Origin: Nitrospirota bacterium
GTDB taxonomy: Bacteria > Nitrospirota > UBA9217
Assembly: GCA_963663225.1 (NCBI GenBank)
Contig: OY760142.1
Location: forward strand, 1,632,001-1,696,000
Length of the DNA: 64,000 bases
Direction: 5' to 3'
This document shows positions 48,722 through 58,418 of this stretch, piece after piece. The translations under genes were made by a program, and so were the position numbers. The notes under the pieces were generated by a model. The model did no database searches. It had not been told where the DNA came from and was given only the letters and a program-made list of their open reading frames with translations. Position 1 is the first letter of the stretch. The number at the start of each line of letters is the position of its first letter.

Positions 48722-49852
48722 TCATAGTATACCATAAAACATGCAGCGGTACGGGTCCTTGCCTCCCGGGCCTTCCAGGAGTTCGGCCCGGTATCTGCAG
48801 CCTCCCCGGCATATTTCCAGATACTGGCAATTGCAGCTGAGATTGCTCAGGCGGACCGGCCGTATCCGCTTCCATGCCGCGCGCAGTCCGTCTGCGATAG
48901 TGCCGACTGCTTTGTCCGTGTAAAAGGTGCACTTTGCGATCCGGCCGTCAGCCAGAACCGACAGGAGATGGAGCCCGCATCCGTAGCCCTGCCCGTAGGA
49001 ATGGAGACCGCCGCCGAAACCGTATCCCAGATATTTCGCGCCCTGCTCGGGGGTTACTTGAAGATCTGCATTTTCCCTGAGCCGGCCGGCAATGCAGGGG
49101 ATGTCCACGGTCCAGTCTTTAATGTCCAGGTCTTTGAATATTTTTTCCATCTGGTCGAAATCGGAAAGGTTGCCCTGATGCACCATGGTAGAAATGGAAA
49201 CCGCAAACCCGGCATCAAGCGCACGATGAACGGCTTCCATGGCACGATGATACGACCCGGCCCCCCTGACTTTGTCATGGGCCTGTTCGAGGCCGTCGAT
49301 GCTCACCTGGATTTCGTGGACTTTGAGCGTCTTCAGTTTTTCCTTTGTCAGAAGCAGGCCGTTGGTGAACAGGACGCAGCGCAGTGAAAAGCCGGGCAGC
49401 ATTTCGTTGATGAGCGAAAACCGGGTGTGCAGCAGCGGTTCTCCGCCGGTGATGAGCACCCGCAGACCCTGCATCGCTTCAAATTCGGACAGGACGGATT
49501 TGATCTGGTCCGGTGCAAGTTCGTTCACGGGGCCCGGGTTGAGGTAGCAGTGCCTGCAGTGCAGGTTGCACGCGTCGGTAATCTGGAGTTCGAGATACCG
49601 GAGCGACGGCATCGGGGCAGGTGCGAGGAGCGGCCGCGGCAACGGCAAGCGAGTCGTCGTCAATAGCCGCTCTTCGATGCAGTAGTCTATAAAGGCGCCA
49701 TCCTGCGAATCGCAGCCCTTGTCCGACGCGCACTCTTTCAGAAAGCGAAAAGATTCGTGGTCGAGTTCATATAATTCATCCCGCGCAATCTGATATACGG
49801 AAGGAGTTTCGAGCATTTTGAGCGCTACGCCGCGCGCAAGGTAGTAACGCAT
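48722..49852 (-). CDS. Radical SAM/SPASM protein with RRE/PqqD-like N-terminal domain (putative peptide maturase)
   Basis: CNLHCRHC, TGGEP, SIDG..HD.VRG; C-terminal C..C and CNC-x5-C-x3-C..C SPASM-type Cys; about 80-aa N-terminal extension. Confidence 0.88.
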   Translation of the reverse strand: MRYYLARGVALKMLETPSVYQIARDELYELDHESFRFLKECASDKGCDSQDGAFIDYCIEERLLTTTRLPLPRPLLAPAPMPSLRYLELQITDACNLHCRHCYLNPGPVNELAPDQIKSVLSEFEAMQGLRVLITGGEPLLHTRFSLINEMLPGFSLRCVLFTNGLLLTKEKLKTLKVHEIQVSIDGLEQAHDKVRGAGSYHRAMEAVHRALDAGFAVSISTMVHQGNLSDFDQMEKIFKDLDIKDWTVDIPCIAGRLRENADLQVTPEQGAKYLGYGFGGGLHSYGQGYGCGLHLLSVLADGRIAKCTFYTDKAVGTIADGLRAAWKRIRPVRLSNLSCNCQYLEICRGGCRYRAELLEGPGGKDPYRCMFYGIL

Positions 49853-49858
49853 GCAGTT

Positions 49859-49891
49859 ATTATAGCACCGCGATTTTGATTCTGCTATAAT
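49859..49891. promoter_or_regulatory. Back-to-back extended -10 promoters (TGCTATAAT on each strand), leaderless
   Basis: ATTATAGCA-N15-TGCTATAAT; each TATAAT lies 6-7 nt from an ATG (49852 minus, 49899 plus). Confidence 0.65.
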
Positions 49892-49898
49892 CTGTACC

Positions 49899-50249
49899 AT
49901 GTGCAAGGAGTTTTCCCTGAAGCAGATGGTTTGCCTTCCGTTGTGCGCGTACTACAAGCCTGACAAGAATGAAGACCTCATCTGCAAGGGCTATCAGGTG
50001 GTGAAGCAGCTGCAGCAGCAGGGCAGAACGCTCACCGTGGAAGCATCCTGCTCTGCTGCTGACCATGCGACAAGGGAAATGCTTGTGCAGAAGCTGTGCA
50101 TGACCTGCGACTTCCATGAACAGGATTGCGATTTCATGATTGACCGCGCAGCCAAACCGTGCGGAGGTTTCATACTTTTGGCACAGCTTCTCGCTGCGCA
50201 GCGCATATCACTTGCTGATATTGAGTTGCTGCCGAACAACGGAAGGTAA
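49899..50249 (+). CDS. Cys-rich hypothetical protein (probably metal or Fe-S binding)
   Basis: C-x3-C..YYK, CxG, CxxCxF...DCDF and PCGG motifs. Confidence 0.72.
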   Translation: MCKEFSLKQMVCLPLCAYYKPDKNEDLICKGYQVVKQLQQQGRTLTVEASCSAADHATREMLVQKLCMTCDFHEQDCDFMIDRAAKPCGGFILLAQLLAAQRISLADIELLPNNGR

Positions 50250-50324
50250 ACAGAACACGCAGTTTTTATTGCAGGCATTTTTTCCGCACAGCCGCACGGC
50301 GTATGACAGAGAAGGAGAACGAGT

Positions 50325-52055
50325 ATGGACTATTCTATTAAAATCGGAGGTGCCGCCGGGCAGGGCATCCAAACCATCGGGGACACTCTGGCGCGGGTAT
50401 TTGCGCGAAGCGGTTTTCATGTTTTCAGCCACCAGGATTATGAGTCCCGCATCCGCGGCGGACACAACTTTTATCAGCTCCGGATTTCCGACAAGCCGGT
50501 TGCCTCTTCGCTGACCCGCATCGATATTATCGTTGCGCTGGACACGGAAAGCATCGTGCGCTATGAGAAGGAGCTTACCGATCAAGGCCGCATCATCTAT
50601 GATTCCGCCGTGCACAAAAAGAAATACACCGGTGCGGCGTTCCTCGACATCCCTTTTGAAAAGCTGGCGCAGGATCAGGGCGGCAGCAAGATCATGTCGA
50701 ATACGGTCGCAACCGGGGCAGTGCTCGGCATGCTCGGGCTGGACCTCGCGCCGCTCCTGACTATCATAACGACCACCTTTGCCGGAAAAGGCAAAGAGGT
50801 CATTGCGGGCAATACGAAGGCCGCGCGCGCCGGGTATGACCACGCCGCGCAGAACTGCGGCGGCTGCACGTTTTCCCTGCCGGGCAAAAGCGCGCCGAAG
50901 CCGAAGTTCCTGATCGGAGGGACCGAATCGCTGGCGCTCGGCGCCATTGCGTCCGGCTGCAAGTTCTATTCTGCATACCCTATGACTCCTTCGACGGGCC
51001 TCATGAACTACCTGGCGACCAAGGAAAAGGAATACGGCATTGTTGTGGAGCAGGCAGAGGACGAGATTGCTGCCATAAATATGGTGATCGGCGCGTCCTT
51101 CGCCGGAGTGCGCTCAATGACCGGCACATCGGGCGGCGGTTTTTCGCTCATGGCGGAAGGGCTTTCCCTGGCCGGCATGACCGAAACGCCGATTGTGATC
51201 GCCATGGGACAGCGGCCCGGTCCGGCCACGGGATTCCCGACACGGACGGAGCAGGGGGACCTGCAGTGGATTCTGTATGCGGGCCACGGTGAATTTCCGC
51301 GCGTTGTCTTTGCGCCCGGCACACCGAAGCAGGCGTTCTCTCTTGTGAACAAGGCCTTCGATCTGGCGGAGAAATATCAGATACCCGCATTTGTTCTTTT
51401 TGATACATATCTCGCGGACTCCCAGTGGACGTTCGACGGATTCGATACGGCCGGACTGCGGTACCAGGACTACCGGCTGAGAGGGGACGCCTTCAGCCGG
51501 CTTCCCGAATATAAGCGCCACGCGTTCACGCCGAACGGAGTCTCTCCCTTCGGAGTACCGGGAGATGCGAAGCATACCGTGGTCACGGACAGCGACGAAC
51601 ACGATGAAGAAGGGCACATCGTCGAGGACGCGCCGACCAGAATCAGGATGGTGGAGAAGCGGCTTTTCAAAAAACTCGCGCGCATCCGGGAGGAGATTGC
51701 TCCGCCGTTTCTTTACGGCGACCACGCGCCGCAGGTTGTCCTGACGGGGTGGGGTTCGACCTACGGCGTGATGAAGGAGACCGTCGACAAGCTGTCGGCA
51801 TCCGTCCGGATCGCCATGCTGCACTTCAGCGAAGTATATCCCCTGCCCGGGAGAGAACGCTTCGACTACCTCAGGCTTCTTGCATCGGCGAAGCTCAGCG
51901 TCTGCCTGGAGAACAACGCATCGGGACAGTTCGCGCGACTTTTGCGCGCCGAGACCGGTTATGCATTCAATGCGCACATACATAAATTCGACGGCAGACC
52001 GTTTCATGTCGAGAACGTGATAGGAGAGATCAATGGTCACCTTAGATCAATATAA
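50325..52055 (+). CDS. 2-oxoacid:ferredoxin oxidoreductase alpha subunit (gamma-alpha fusion)
   Basis: GGAAGQGI, SRIRGGHN, YPMTPST, QAEDEIAA, QRPGPATG.PT. Confidence 0.94.
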   Translation: MDYSIKIGGAAGQGIQTIGDTLARVFARSGFHVFSHQDYESRIRGGHNFYQLRISDKPVASSLTRIDIIVALDTESIVRYEKELTDQGRIIYDSAVHKKKYTGAAFLDIPFEKLAQDQGGSKIMSNTVATGAVLGMLGLDLAPLLTIITTTFAGKGKEVIAGNTKAARAGYDHAAQNCGGCTFSLPGKSAPKPKFLIGGTESLALGAIASGCKFYSAYPMTPSTGLMNYLATKEKEYGIVVEQAEDEIAAINMVIGASFAGVRSMTGTSGGGFSLMAEGLSLAGMTETPIVIAMGQRPGPATGFPTRTEQGDLQWILYAGHGEFPRVVFAPGTPKQAFSLVNKAFDLAEKYQIPAFVLFDTYLADSQWTFDGFDTAGLRYQDYRLRGDAFSRLPEYKRHAFTPNGVSPFGVPGDAKHTVVTDSDEHDEEGHIVEDAPTRIRMVEKRLFKKLARIREEIAPPFLYGDHAPQVVLTGWGSTYGVMKETVDKLSASVRIAMLHFSEVYPLPGRERFDYLRLLASAKLSVCLENNASGQFARLLRAETGYAFNAHIHKFDGRPFHVENVIGEINGHLRSI

Positions 52056-52884
52056 AGGCCAGGCTCCTTCCTGGTGCCCCGGGTGCGGCAATTTTCTGAT
52101 TCTGAAAACATTCAAGGACGCGATGATCGAACTCGGCATCGAACCTCACCGCCTCACCGTGGTGTCGGGCATCGGACAGGCGGCCAAGCTTCCGCATTAC
52201 ACCAACTGCAACACGTTCAACGGACTGCACGGCCGGTCGCTCCCGGTCGCGACAGGCATCCGGCTGGCAAACCCCGAGATGCTGGTGGTCGCCGTGTCCG
52301 GCGACGGCGACTGCTACGGCGAAGGCGGCAACCATTTGATGGCCGGCATGCGGCGGAACATCAACGTCAAGTATTTTGTGCATGACAACCAGGTGTATGG
52401 CCTCACCAAGGGCCAGCCGTCTCCGACGACCAAACAGGGAACGGTGGCCAAGAACATGCCGTTCAGCGTGATTTCCGAACAGCTGCAGCCGCTCGCGCTT
52501 GCAGTGGCGATGAACTGCAGCTTTGCGGCGCGCAGCTTTGCCGGGGACCAGGAGCATCTGAAAACCGTCATGAAAGAAGCGATTCTCCATAAAGGTTTTG
52601 CTCTGGTCGACATTCTCCAGCCCTGCGTCAGTTTCAACAAAGTGAACACGTATGACTGGTACCGCCAGCGGGTCTATCATATTGAGCCGGGTTACAACCC
52701 CGAAGACAGGATGGCGGCGTTCGCCCGGGCGCTCGAATGGGGAGACAGAATCCCCCTCGGCGTCATTTATCGCAACAACCGGCCCACGTTCGAGGAGACG
52801 CTTCCGATCGTCGCCGGAACGCCGCTGGTGAAGCAGAAGTTCGACGTTCGGAAAATAAACGAGACACTCAAGGAGTTTCTGTGA
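52033..52884 (+). CDS. 2-oxoacid:ferredoxin oxidoreductase beta subunit
   Basis: WCPGCG, LHGR, GDGD TPP motif, YGLTKGQ.SPT. Confidence 0.94.
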   Translation: MVTLDQYKGQAPSWCPGCGNFLILKTFKDAMIELGIEPHRLTVVSGIGQAAKLPHYTNCNTFNGLHGRSLPVATGIRLANPEMLVVAVSGDGDCYGEGGNHLMAGMRRNINVKYFVHDNQVYGLTKGQPSPTTKQGTVAKNMPFSVISEQLQPLALAVAMNCSFAARSFAGDQEHLKTVMKEAILHKGFALVDILQPCVSFNKVNTYDWYRQRVYHIEPGYNPEDRMAAFARALEWGDRIPLGVIYRNNRPTFEETLPIVAGTPLVKQKFDVRKINETLKEFL

Positions 52885-52893
52885 GGACGACAC

Positions 52894-53958
52894 GTGCGAC
52901 AGTTCAGTAAAAAACGCTCCCGGAAAGTCGGCCTTCCGTCCGAATCGCTGGTGTACACCGGGGACAGGAAAAACGGAACCGTTACCCTGCATATCCTTGA
53001 CTATGATGAGGCGCAGGTGCAGGAAGCGGAGGTTACCGGCATCGAGGCCTGCATTCCGTACAAAAAAAAGCCGACGGTCACCTGGATCGACGTCGACGGC
53101 GTCCATGATGTTCCGATGCTCGAAAAACTCGGCGACTGCTTCGGGCTCCACCGGCTGGTGATGGAAGACATCCTGAACACGGACCAGCGCCCGAAGATAG
53201 AGGATTACGGAGACTACCTTTATATTGTGCTCAAGATGCTCTCCCAGGGCAAGGGAGGAGAGATTACTACCGAGCAGGTCAGCCTTATTCTGGGCGAGAA
53301 CTTTGTTTTGTCGTTTCAGGAAGGACTAGCGGGTGATGTCTTCACCCCGGTCCGGGATTATCTCCGGAGAGGCAAGGGGCGCATCCGGAAGATGGGAGCG
53401 GACTATCTTGCCTACTCGCTGCTTGACGCGGTGGTGGACAACTATTTTGTCATTCTCGAAAAGCTCGGCGAGAGGATCGAACTGCTCGAGGCCGAGCTGC
53501 TGGAGAACCTCACCCAAAAGACCGTGCGGAAAATCTATCAGGTAAAACGCGACCTGATATTCCTGCACAACGCCATCTGGCCCCTGCGGGAAGTCGTGAG
53601 CGTGCTGGGCAAGCATGAATCAACGCTCATCCGGGAATCCACGGTCCCCTACCTTCGCGATGTGTACGACCACGTCATCCACGTCGTCGACAACGTCGGC
53701 ATTTACCGGGAAATGCTTTCGGGAATGCTTGACATGTATCTGTCCACCGTGAGCAACAGACTGAACGAGGTCATGAAGGTCCTGACGATCATCGCCACGA
53801 TTTTCATGCCGCTCACGTTTCTGGCCGGCCTGTACGGGATGAACTTCAAAAACATGCCGGAGCTTGAGTGGCACTACGGCTATCCGCTCCTGCTCTGTGT
53901 TATGGCGGGTGTTGCCGTCTTTATGATTTTCTATTTTAAACGCAAAAAATGGCTGTGA
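52894..53958 (+). CDS. corA: Mg/Co transporter CorA
   Basis: QRPK, YGMNF..MPEL.W signature, KRKKWL end. Confidence 0.95.
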   Translation: MRQFSKKRSRKVGLPSESLVYTGDRKNGTVTLHILDYDEAQVQEAEVTGIEACIPYKKKPTVTWIDVDGVHDVPMLEKLGDCFGLHRLVMEDILNTDQRPKIEDYGDYLYIVLKMLSQGKGGEITTEQVSLILGENFVLSFQEGLAGDVFTPVRDYLRRGKGRIRKMGADYLAYSLLDAVVDNYFVILEKLGERIELLEAELLENLTQKTVRKIYQVKRDLIFLHNAIWPLREVVSVLGKHESTLIRESTVPYLRDVYDHVIHVVDNVGIYREMLSGMLDMYLSTVSNRLNEVMKVLTIIATIFMPLTFLAGLYGMNFKNMPELEWHYGYPLLLCVMAGVAVFMIFYFKRKKWL

Positions 53959-54050
53959 AGAAGAAAGCGGGTTATACAGCCGGAGAAAAGAAGGCAGCGG
54001 TCCCGGACATAACGAGACCGCTGCAATACGTTTTGAACAGAATGCCGCGC

Positions 54051-55511
54051 TTAATACCGCATCCGTACCCGGTAGGTGAGTTTCACTTCCTGGTCCTTCG
54101 GCACGGGAACGTTGAATTCCGCGGTAAACGCCTCGGCCTTTACGAATTCATGCGAGGAGTTCAGCATTTTCCAGTCGCCCGGGACCGGCTCCACGACTTT
54201 TACGACAATGTCTTCCTTCTTGTGGTTTCTGAGTGATATTTCGAACGCGGCCTCATACGTATCGTAAGCGATTTTTTTCCAGTCGGTCTGCTTTCTGCCG
54301 CCGACCACGTCAAACGCGTCGCCCAGCTTGATCCTGATTTTTTCGTCTTTCGGCGTATGGTCGATTGCGTCTTCGCCGACGAACTGAAGACTGCCTTCCT
54401 TGTCCTGCTTGTACACCCGGACCGTTCCCTTGGGCAGCGGAATGCCGAGGTTGTTTTCCTTTTTGTTTTTGATCTCCACGAAAACCCCGATTTTCTGTTT
54501 GGAAAGAGCTTCCTCATAGCGGCTGTAGTAATAATAATTCGCCCCGCGGAAAAGGAACTCCTTTTTGACCGGAATATTGTCCGACGTCACCAGGCTGATC
54601 TGCTTGGTCTGGTTGTCCTTGACCGTTGCGGAGCGCTGGAGGGTGTAGATGTGATATTCGAAGAACGCGTCCTCCTTGAACTGGGGCGCGGGAGCGGATT
54701 TCGCTGCCGCTTCCGCCAGCATTCTCATTTTTCCCTGGTAAGCAGATTCGTCTTTCACCCGGTTCACGTCGCCCGCGACGAGTTTGAGTTTGGCGTTCCT
54801 GTACGTTGCGCCGCTGTGGTTGTCGATGGTCACCCAGCCCGCAAGGTCTGCCTTGTCGTCCTTGTCGTTCAGCGTCACGACATAGTCGGAACGCCAGTTG
54901 ATGCCGTTGGTAAGGTATGACGCTTCGATTTTCTGCGCAGAATGCAGGCTGTTTTCGAGCATCCAGACGAGGGTCGGCTTCGCGTTCAGGTCCGCGGGCA
55001 CGCCGGGAAACACGATCCGGCCCGGATGTCCGAAGGTGATTGCGTCTCCGATCTTGAATATGGGCTGTCCGTTATTGGAAAGGAGCGTGGCGCTGACGAG
55101 TTCTTCGCGCTCGGTATACGGGTTCCTGGTATACAGCTGAACGTCCTTGCCGACGTATTTGTCGAGGAGTTTCTGGGGGCTTAAGAGATCATATTCGTAA
55201 TTCTGTTCGAGAATCCGGAGGCTGTCCGGGCTGACGAGCGATTTTATATGCACGCTCGCGGGGATGATCTGCGACGCAACATCCATAAACCGCAGATCAC
55301 CGGTGCCGTCAAACAGCTTGATCTGGCGCTGGTCTTTTACGAGGCCAAGGTTAACATTATAGATAGTGAGGGCGACACCGGTCTGGTCATCCTGAGTGCT
55401 GGTGGCCGCACCTGCCTTTCCACTGTTCCTGTCTTCCGGAAAAACCGGACTGTATGCAACTCCTATCAGAAGCAAAACAGCCAGAATGGTGATTCCATGC
55501 CTGAGTTTCAT
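54051..55511 (-). CDS. DUF4139-domain exported protein
   Basis: Signal peptide, LTIYN.NL.LV.D.R, QNYEYDL, W..DY, I.HTP motifs. Confidence 0.82.
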   Translation of the reverse strand: MKLRHGITILAVLLLIGVAYSPVFPEDRNSGKAGAATSTQDDQTGVALTIYNVNLGLVKDQRQIKLFDGTGDLRFMDVASQIIPASVHIKSLVSPDSLRILEQNYEYDLLSPQKLLDKYVGKDVQLYTRNPYTEREELVSATLLSNNGQPIFKIGDAITFGHPGRIVFPGVPADLNAKPTLVWMLENSLHSAQKIEASYLTNGINWRSDYVVTLNDKDDKADLAGWVTIDNHSGATYRNAKLKLVAGDVNRVKDESAYQGKMRMLAEAAAKSAPAPQFKEDAFFEYHIYTLQRSATVKDNQTKQISLVTSDNIPVKKEFLFRGANYYYYSRYEEALSKQKIGVFVEIKNKKENNLGIPLPKGTVRVYKQDKEGSLQFVGEDAIDHTPKDEKIRIKLGDAFDVVGGRKQTDWKKIAYDTYEAAFEISLRNHKKEDIVVKVVEPVPGDWKMLNSSHEFVKAEAFTAEFNVPVPKDQEVKLTYRVRMRY

Positions 55512-55792
55512 GAAAACCTCCTCAAAAAGAATTGTGAACCGATTTTACACCATTGGACAAAAGAAGTGTGGGAAAAGTTCCTGCCTGTAAACAGTTCTTT
55601 CTTTTGGAATGTTGTTTTCAACGACTGGATATTTTTTAGCAGGGCCGTTGTTGACGCATCAAGAAGCCTGTGCTAAAGTTTTTTCATGTTATGTTAGGGT
55701 GGATAGGTTATCCGAGGCGTTTGTATTCAAAAAACATCAGACTTTTTTCAGAGAGAGACCGTGCGGTTGTCTTGCCACAGAAGGAGGAAACG

Positions 55793-57316
55793 ATGAAAAG
55801 CGGGACTTGGTTTTTCATGCTGGGAATACTTTTGGCAGCAGCGGCACTGAATGCCGATGCCCAGCCGGGAGCGGATGCGAATGCTGCTCTGAGCGATGAT
55901 TCAAAAGCGTGCCTGGAGTGCCACAGCGGCCTGAATCCGGGGCTGGTGGGAGACTGGAAACGCAGCCGCCATGCTGTTGTGAGTCCTGGTGAAGCGCTGA
56001 GAAAATCCTTGTCAGAACGGAGAATCTCGAATGAAAATATTCCCGCTTCGTTGAAATCCGTTGCCGTGGGGTGCGCCGAGTGCCATACGATGAACGCCGA
56101 CAAGCATAAAGACAGCTTTGATCATAATGGCTACCGGATCCACACTGTGGTCAGCCCAACAGACTGTGCCGCCTGCCATCCGGTTGAAGCCGATCAGTAC
56201 GGGCGGAACCTGATGTCCCATGCCTACGGCAATCTGCAGAACAACATGGTGTACCGGGACCTTATGAACAAGGTGAACGGCACCGAGTTTTTTGCAGGAA
56301 AGAGAACGGATCATGTGCCTCCCCGTGCCGAGGATGACGCTGATTCCTGTCTCTATTGTCATGGCACGGAGGTGCAAGCCGGAGATGTCAGAAAGCGGGA
56401 CACGTCCATGGGAGAGATGGAATTTCCTGTTCTGAGCGGCTGGCCCAACCAGGGAGTGGGCAGGATCAACCCTGACGGCAGCAAGGGCGCCTGCACGGCA
56501 TGCCACGCGCGGCACCAGTTTTCGATCGAATTGGCACGGAACCCGCACACCTGCTCCGAGTGCCACAAAGGGCCGGATGTTCCCGCATTCAGCGTGTATG
56601 AGGTAAGCAAGCATGGAAATATTTTTTCTTCGGCAGGGAAAACATGGAACCTATCGTCCGTTCCGTGGAAGGTCGGCCGGGATTTTACCGCACCGACCTG
56701 CGCTGCCTGCCACGTGAGCCTTCTTACGGATGCAGGTGCGGGCGGGGTCATTGCCGAGAGGACCCATCAAATGAATGACCGGCTTGCCTGGAGGCTCATG
56801 GGGCTCGTGTATGCTCATCCTCATCCAAAGTCTCCTGACACGTCTCTAATCCGGAACAAGGCCGGACTTCCGCTTGCCACGGAACTCACGGGGGAACCCG
56901 CGCTGGATTTTCTGATCGACAGCGTGGAGCAGGACAAAAGAAAGAAGACGCTGCAAAAAGTCTGCCTCTCATGCCATACTGATCAATGGGTGCAGGGTCA
57001 TTTCAACCGGTTCGAGCGTACGATCACAATGACCAATGCCATGACGCTGACTGCCACCAGAATTCTCCAAACGGCGTGGGAAAAAGGCTACGCAAAGGGC
57101 CTCGTCCAGCAAGACAGCATTTTCAACGAAGCCATCGAGAAGAAATGGGTAGAGCAGTGGCTTTTCTACGGAAATTCCACGCGCTTCTCTTCCGCCATGG
57201 CCGGAGCAGACTACGGCGTTTTTGCGAACGGGCGATGGCAGATGCACAGAAACATTCAGGAAATGCTGGATTGGCTCGACATCAGGCAGAGCGCCGCAAA
57301 GAAAGGAAAAAAATAA
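55793..57316 (+). CDS. Octaheme cytochrome c, hydroxylamine oxidoreductase (HAO) family
   Basis: Signal peptide; eight CxxCH motifs; G.GRINPDGS.G.C..CH.RH.FS, SKHG, APTCA.CH. Confidence 0.9.
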   Translation: MKSGTWFFMLGILLAAAALNADAQPGADANAALSDDSKACLECHSGLNPGLVGDWKRSRHAVVSPGEALRKSLSERRISNENIPASLKSVAVGCAECHTMNADKHKDSFDHNGYRIHTVVSPTDCAACHPVEADQYGRNLMSHAYGNLQNNMVYRDLMNKVNGTEFFAGKRTDHVPPRAEDDADSCLYCHGTEVQAGDVRKRDTSMGEMEFPVLSGWPNQGVGRINPDGSKGACTACHARHQFSIELARNPHTCSECHKGPDVPAFSVYEVSKHGNIFSSAGKTWNLSSVPWKVGRDFTAPTCAACHVSLLTDAGAGGVIAERTHQMNDRLAWRLMGLVYAHPHPKSPDTSLIRNKAGLPLATELTGEPALDFLIDSVEQDKRKKTLQKVCLSCHTDQWVQGHFNRFERTITMTNAMTLTATRILQTAWEKGYAKGLVQQDSIFNEAIEKKWVEQWLFYGNSTRFSSAMAGADYGVFANGRWQMHRNIQEMLDWLDIRQSAAKKGKK

Positions 57317-57362
57317 GAACAGGCCGGATTTTTTCAGATGTTTTACAAAAAAGAGTCAGGCA

Positions 57363-58418
57363 TTAATTTCTGAGCCAGAACCAGTCGTAGTCAGATGCCC
57401 CGGTTTTTTTCACTCCGTCCGGACCGTACTCCCGGTACCACGCAAGACGGTTCTTTTCATACTGCGCTTCTGTTTTGATCCCTCCGGACGGATAATATTC
57501 CTTCTGGATCCCCTCACGCTCGCCGTCGGCATTAAAACGCTCTTCGGCGCGTTTGCGCATCTGCGAGTCGATCATTGCATAGGTAATAACGAGCCGCGGT
57601 TTGCCGTTTGCGTGTCGTTCAACAACATCTCTCACAAAACCGGCCGCCGGTTTTTCTGCTTGTATGGATTTCTTTTCCTGAGAAGAGGCGCTGTATTCGT
57701 CCCGGGCTTTGGCGCGCTGCGGCGCTCCTGCCGCCGGGGAAAATTGCTTCGAAGCTTCCGCTGCGTCCAATGACGACGGAGCAGCCTGCTGCTTCTCCAT
57801 CAGGATTTCTCTTTTTTCAAGAGCCGGCCGGTCGGCCTGTTTTGATGGTGCAGGGGCGGCTGACGCCGGTCGCTCTTGAAGGGCGCGAAGCTCAGCGGGA
57901 CCGTTCACAGCGGCTTCGTCCATGGTGTTAGAGCCAGGAGCTTTCAGCTTTTTTGACGGGGTCGCGGGAGAGGCTGCGATGTCCGATTCCCGATTGACAG
58001 CGGAGGTTGGTGAGCTCCCTTGTTCCGCGGACTTCCCGGTTGCTATCATGGGCGCTTCAGAAAACGGCGCCATAGGCTGCACACCCCGGTACATATACAC
58101 CACGGTTATCGTCAGAAAAACGACTGCGACAGCCTGGATCGGCAGTTTGATGGAGAGCGGGAAAAACAGCCGCTGCAGAAAGCTCTTTTTTCCGGCAGTT
58201 TCTGCACGCACCGTTGCCATGATCTTTTGGGCCATCCAGTCCGGAGGCTGCACTTCTTCGATGTTTTTAACAAGCTCGATAGTCTTTTGCAGCTCAAGAA
58301 GCGCCTGGTCACATTCCGTGCATGTTTTGAGGTGCTCTTCTATGAGGGCCTTTTCCTGTGCTGAAACAGACCCGTCCAAATAGTCCGAAAGTTTATGGCG
58401 GATATCAATGTGTTCCAT
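57363..58418 (-). CDS. Zn-finger (zf-HC2) transmembrane anti-sigma factor
   Basis: LSDYLDG...HLKTCTEC, one TM helix, low-complexity linker, C-terminal YYPSG-type repeats. Confidence 0.85.
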   Translation of the reverse strand: MEHIDIRHKLSDYLDGSVSAQEKALIEEHLKTCTECDQALLELQKTIELVKNIEEVQPPDWMAQKIMATVRAETAGKKSFLQRLFFPLSIKLPIQAVAVVFLTITVVYMYRGVQPMAPFSEAPMIATGKSAEQGSSPTSAVNRESDIAASPATPSKKLKAPGSNTMDEAAVNGPAELRALQERPASAAPAPSKQADRPALEKREILMEKQQAAPSSLDAAEASKQFSPAAGAPQRAKARDEYSASSQEKKSIQAEKPAAGFVRDVVERHANGKPRLVITYAMIDSQMRKRAEERFNADGEREGIQKEYYPSGGIKTEAQYEKNRLAWYREYGPDGVKKTGASDYDWFWLRN

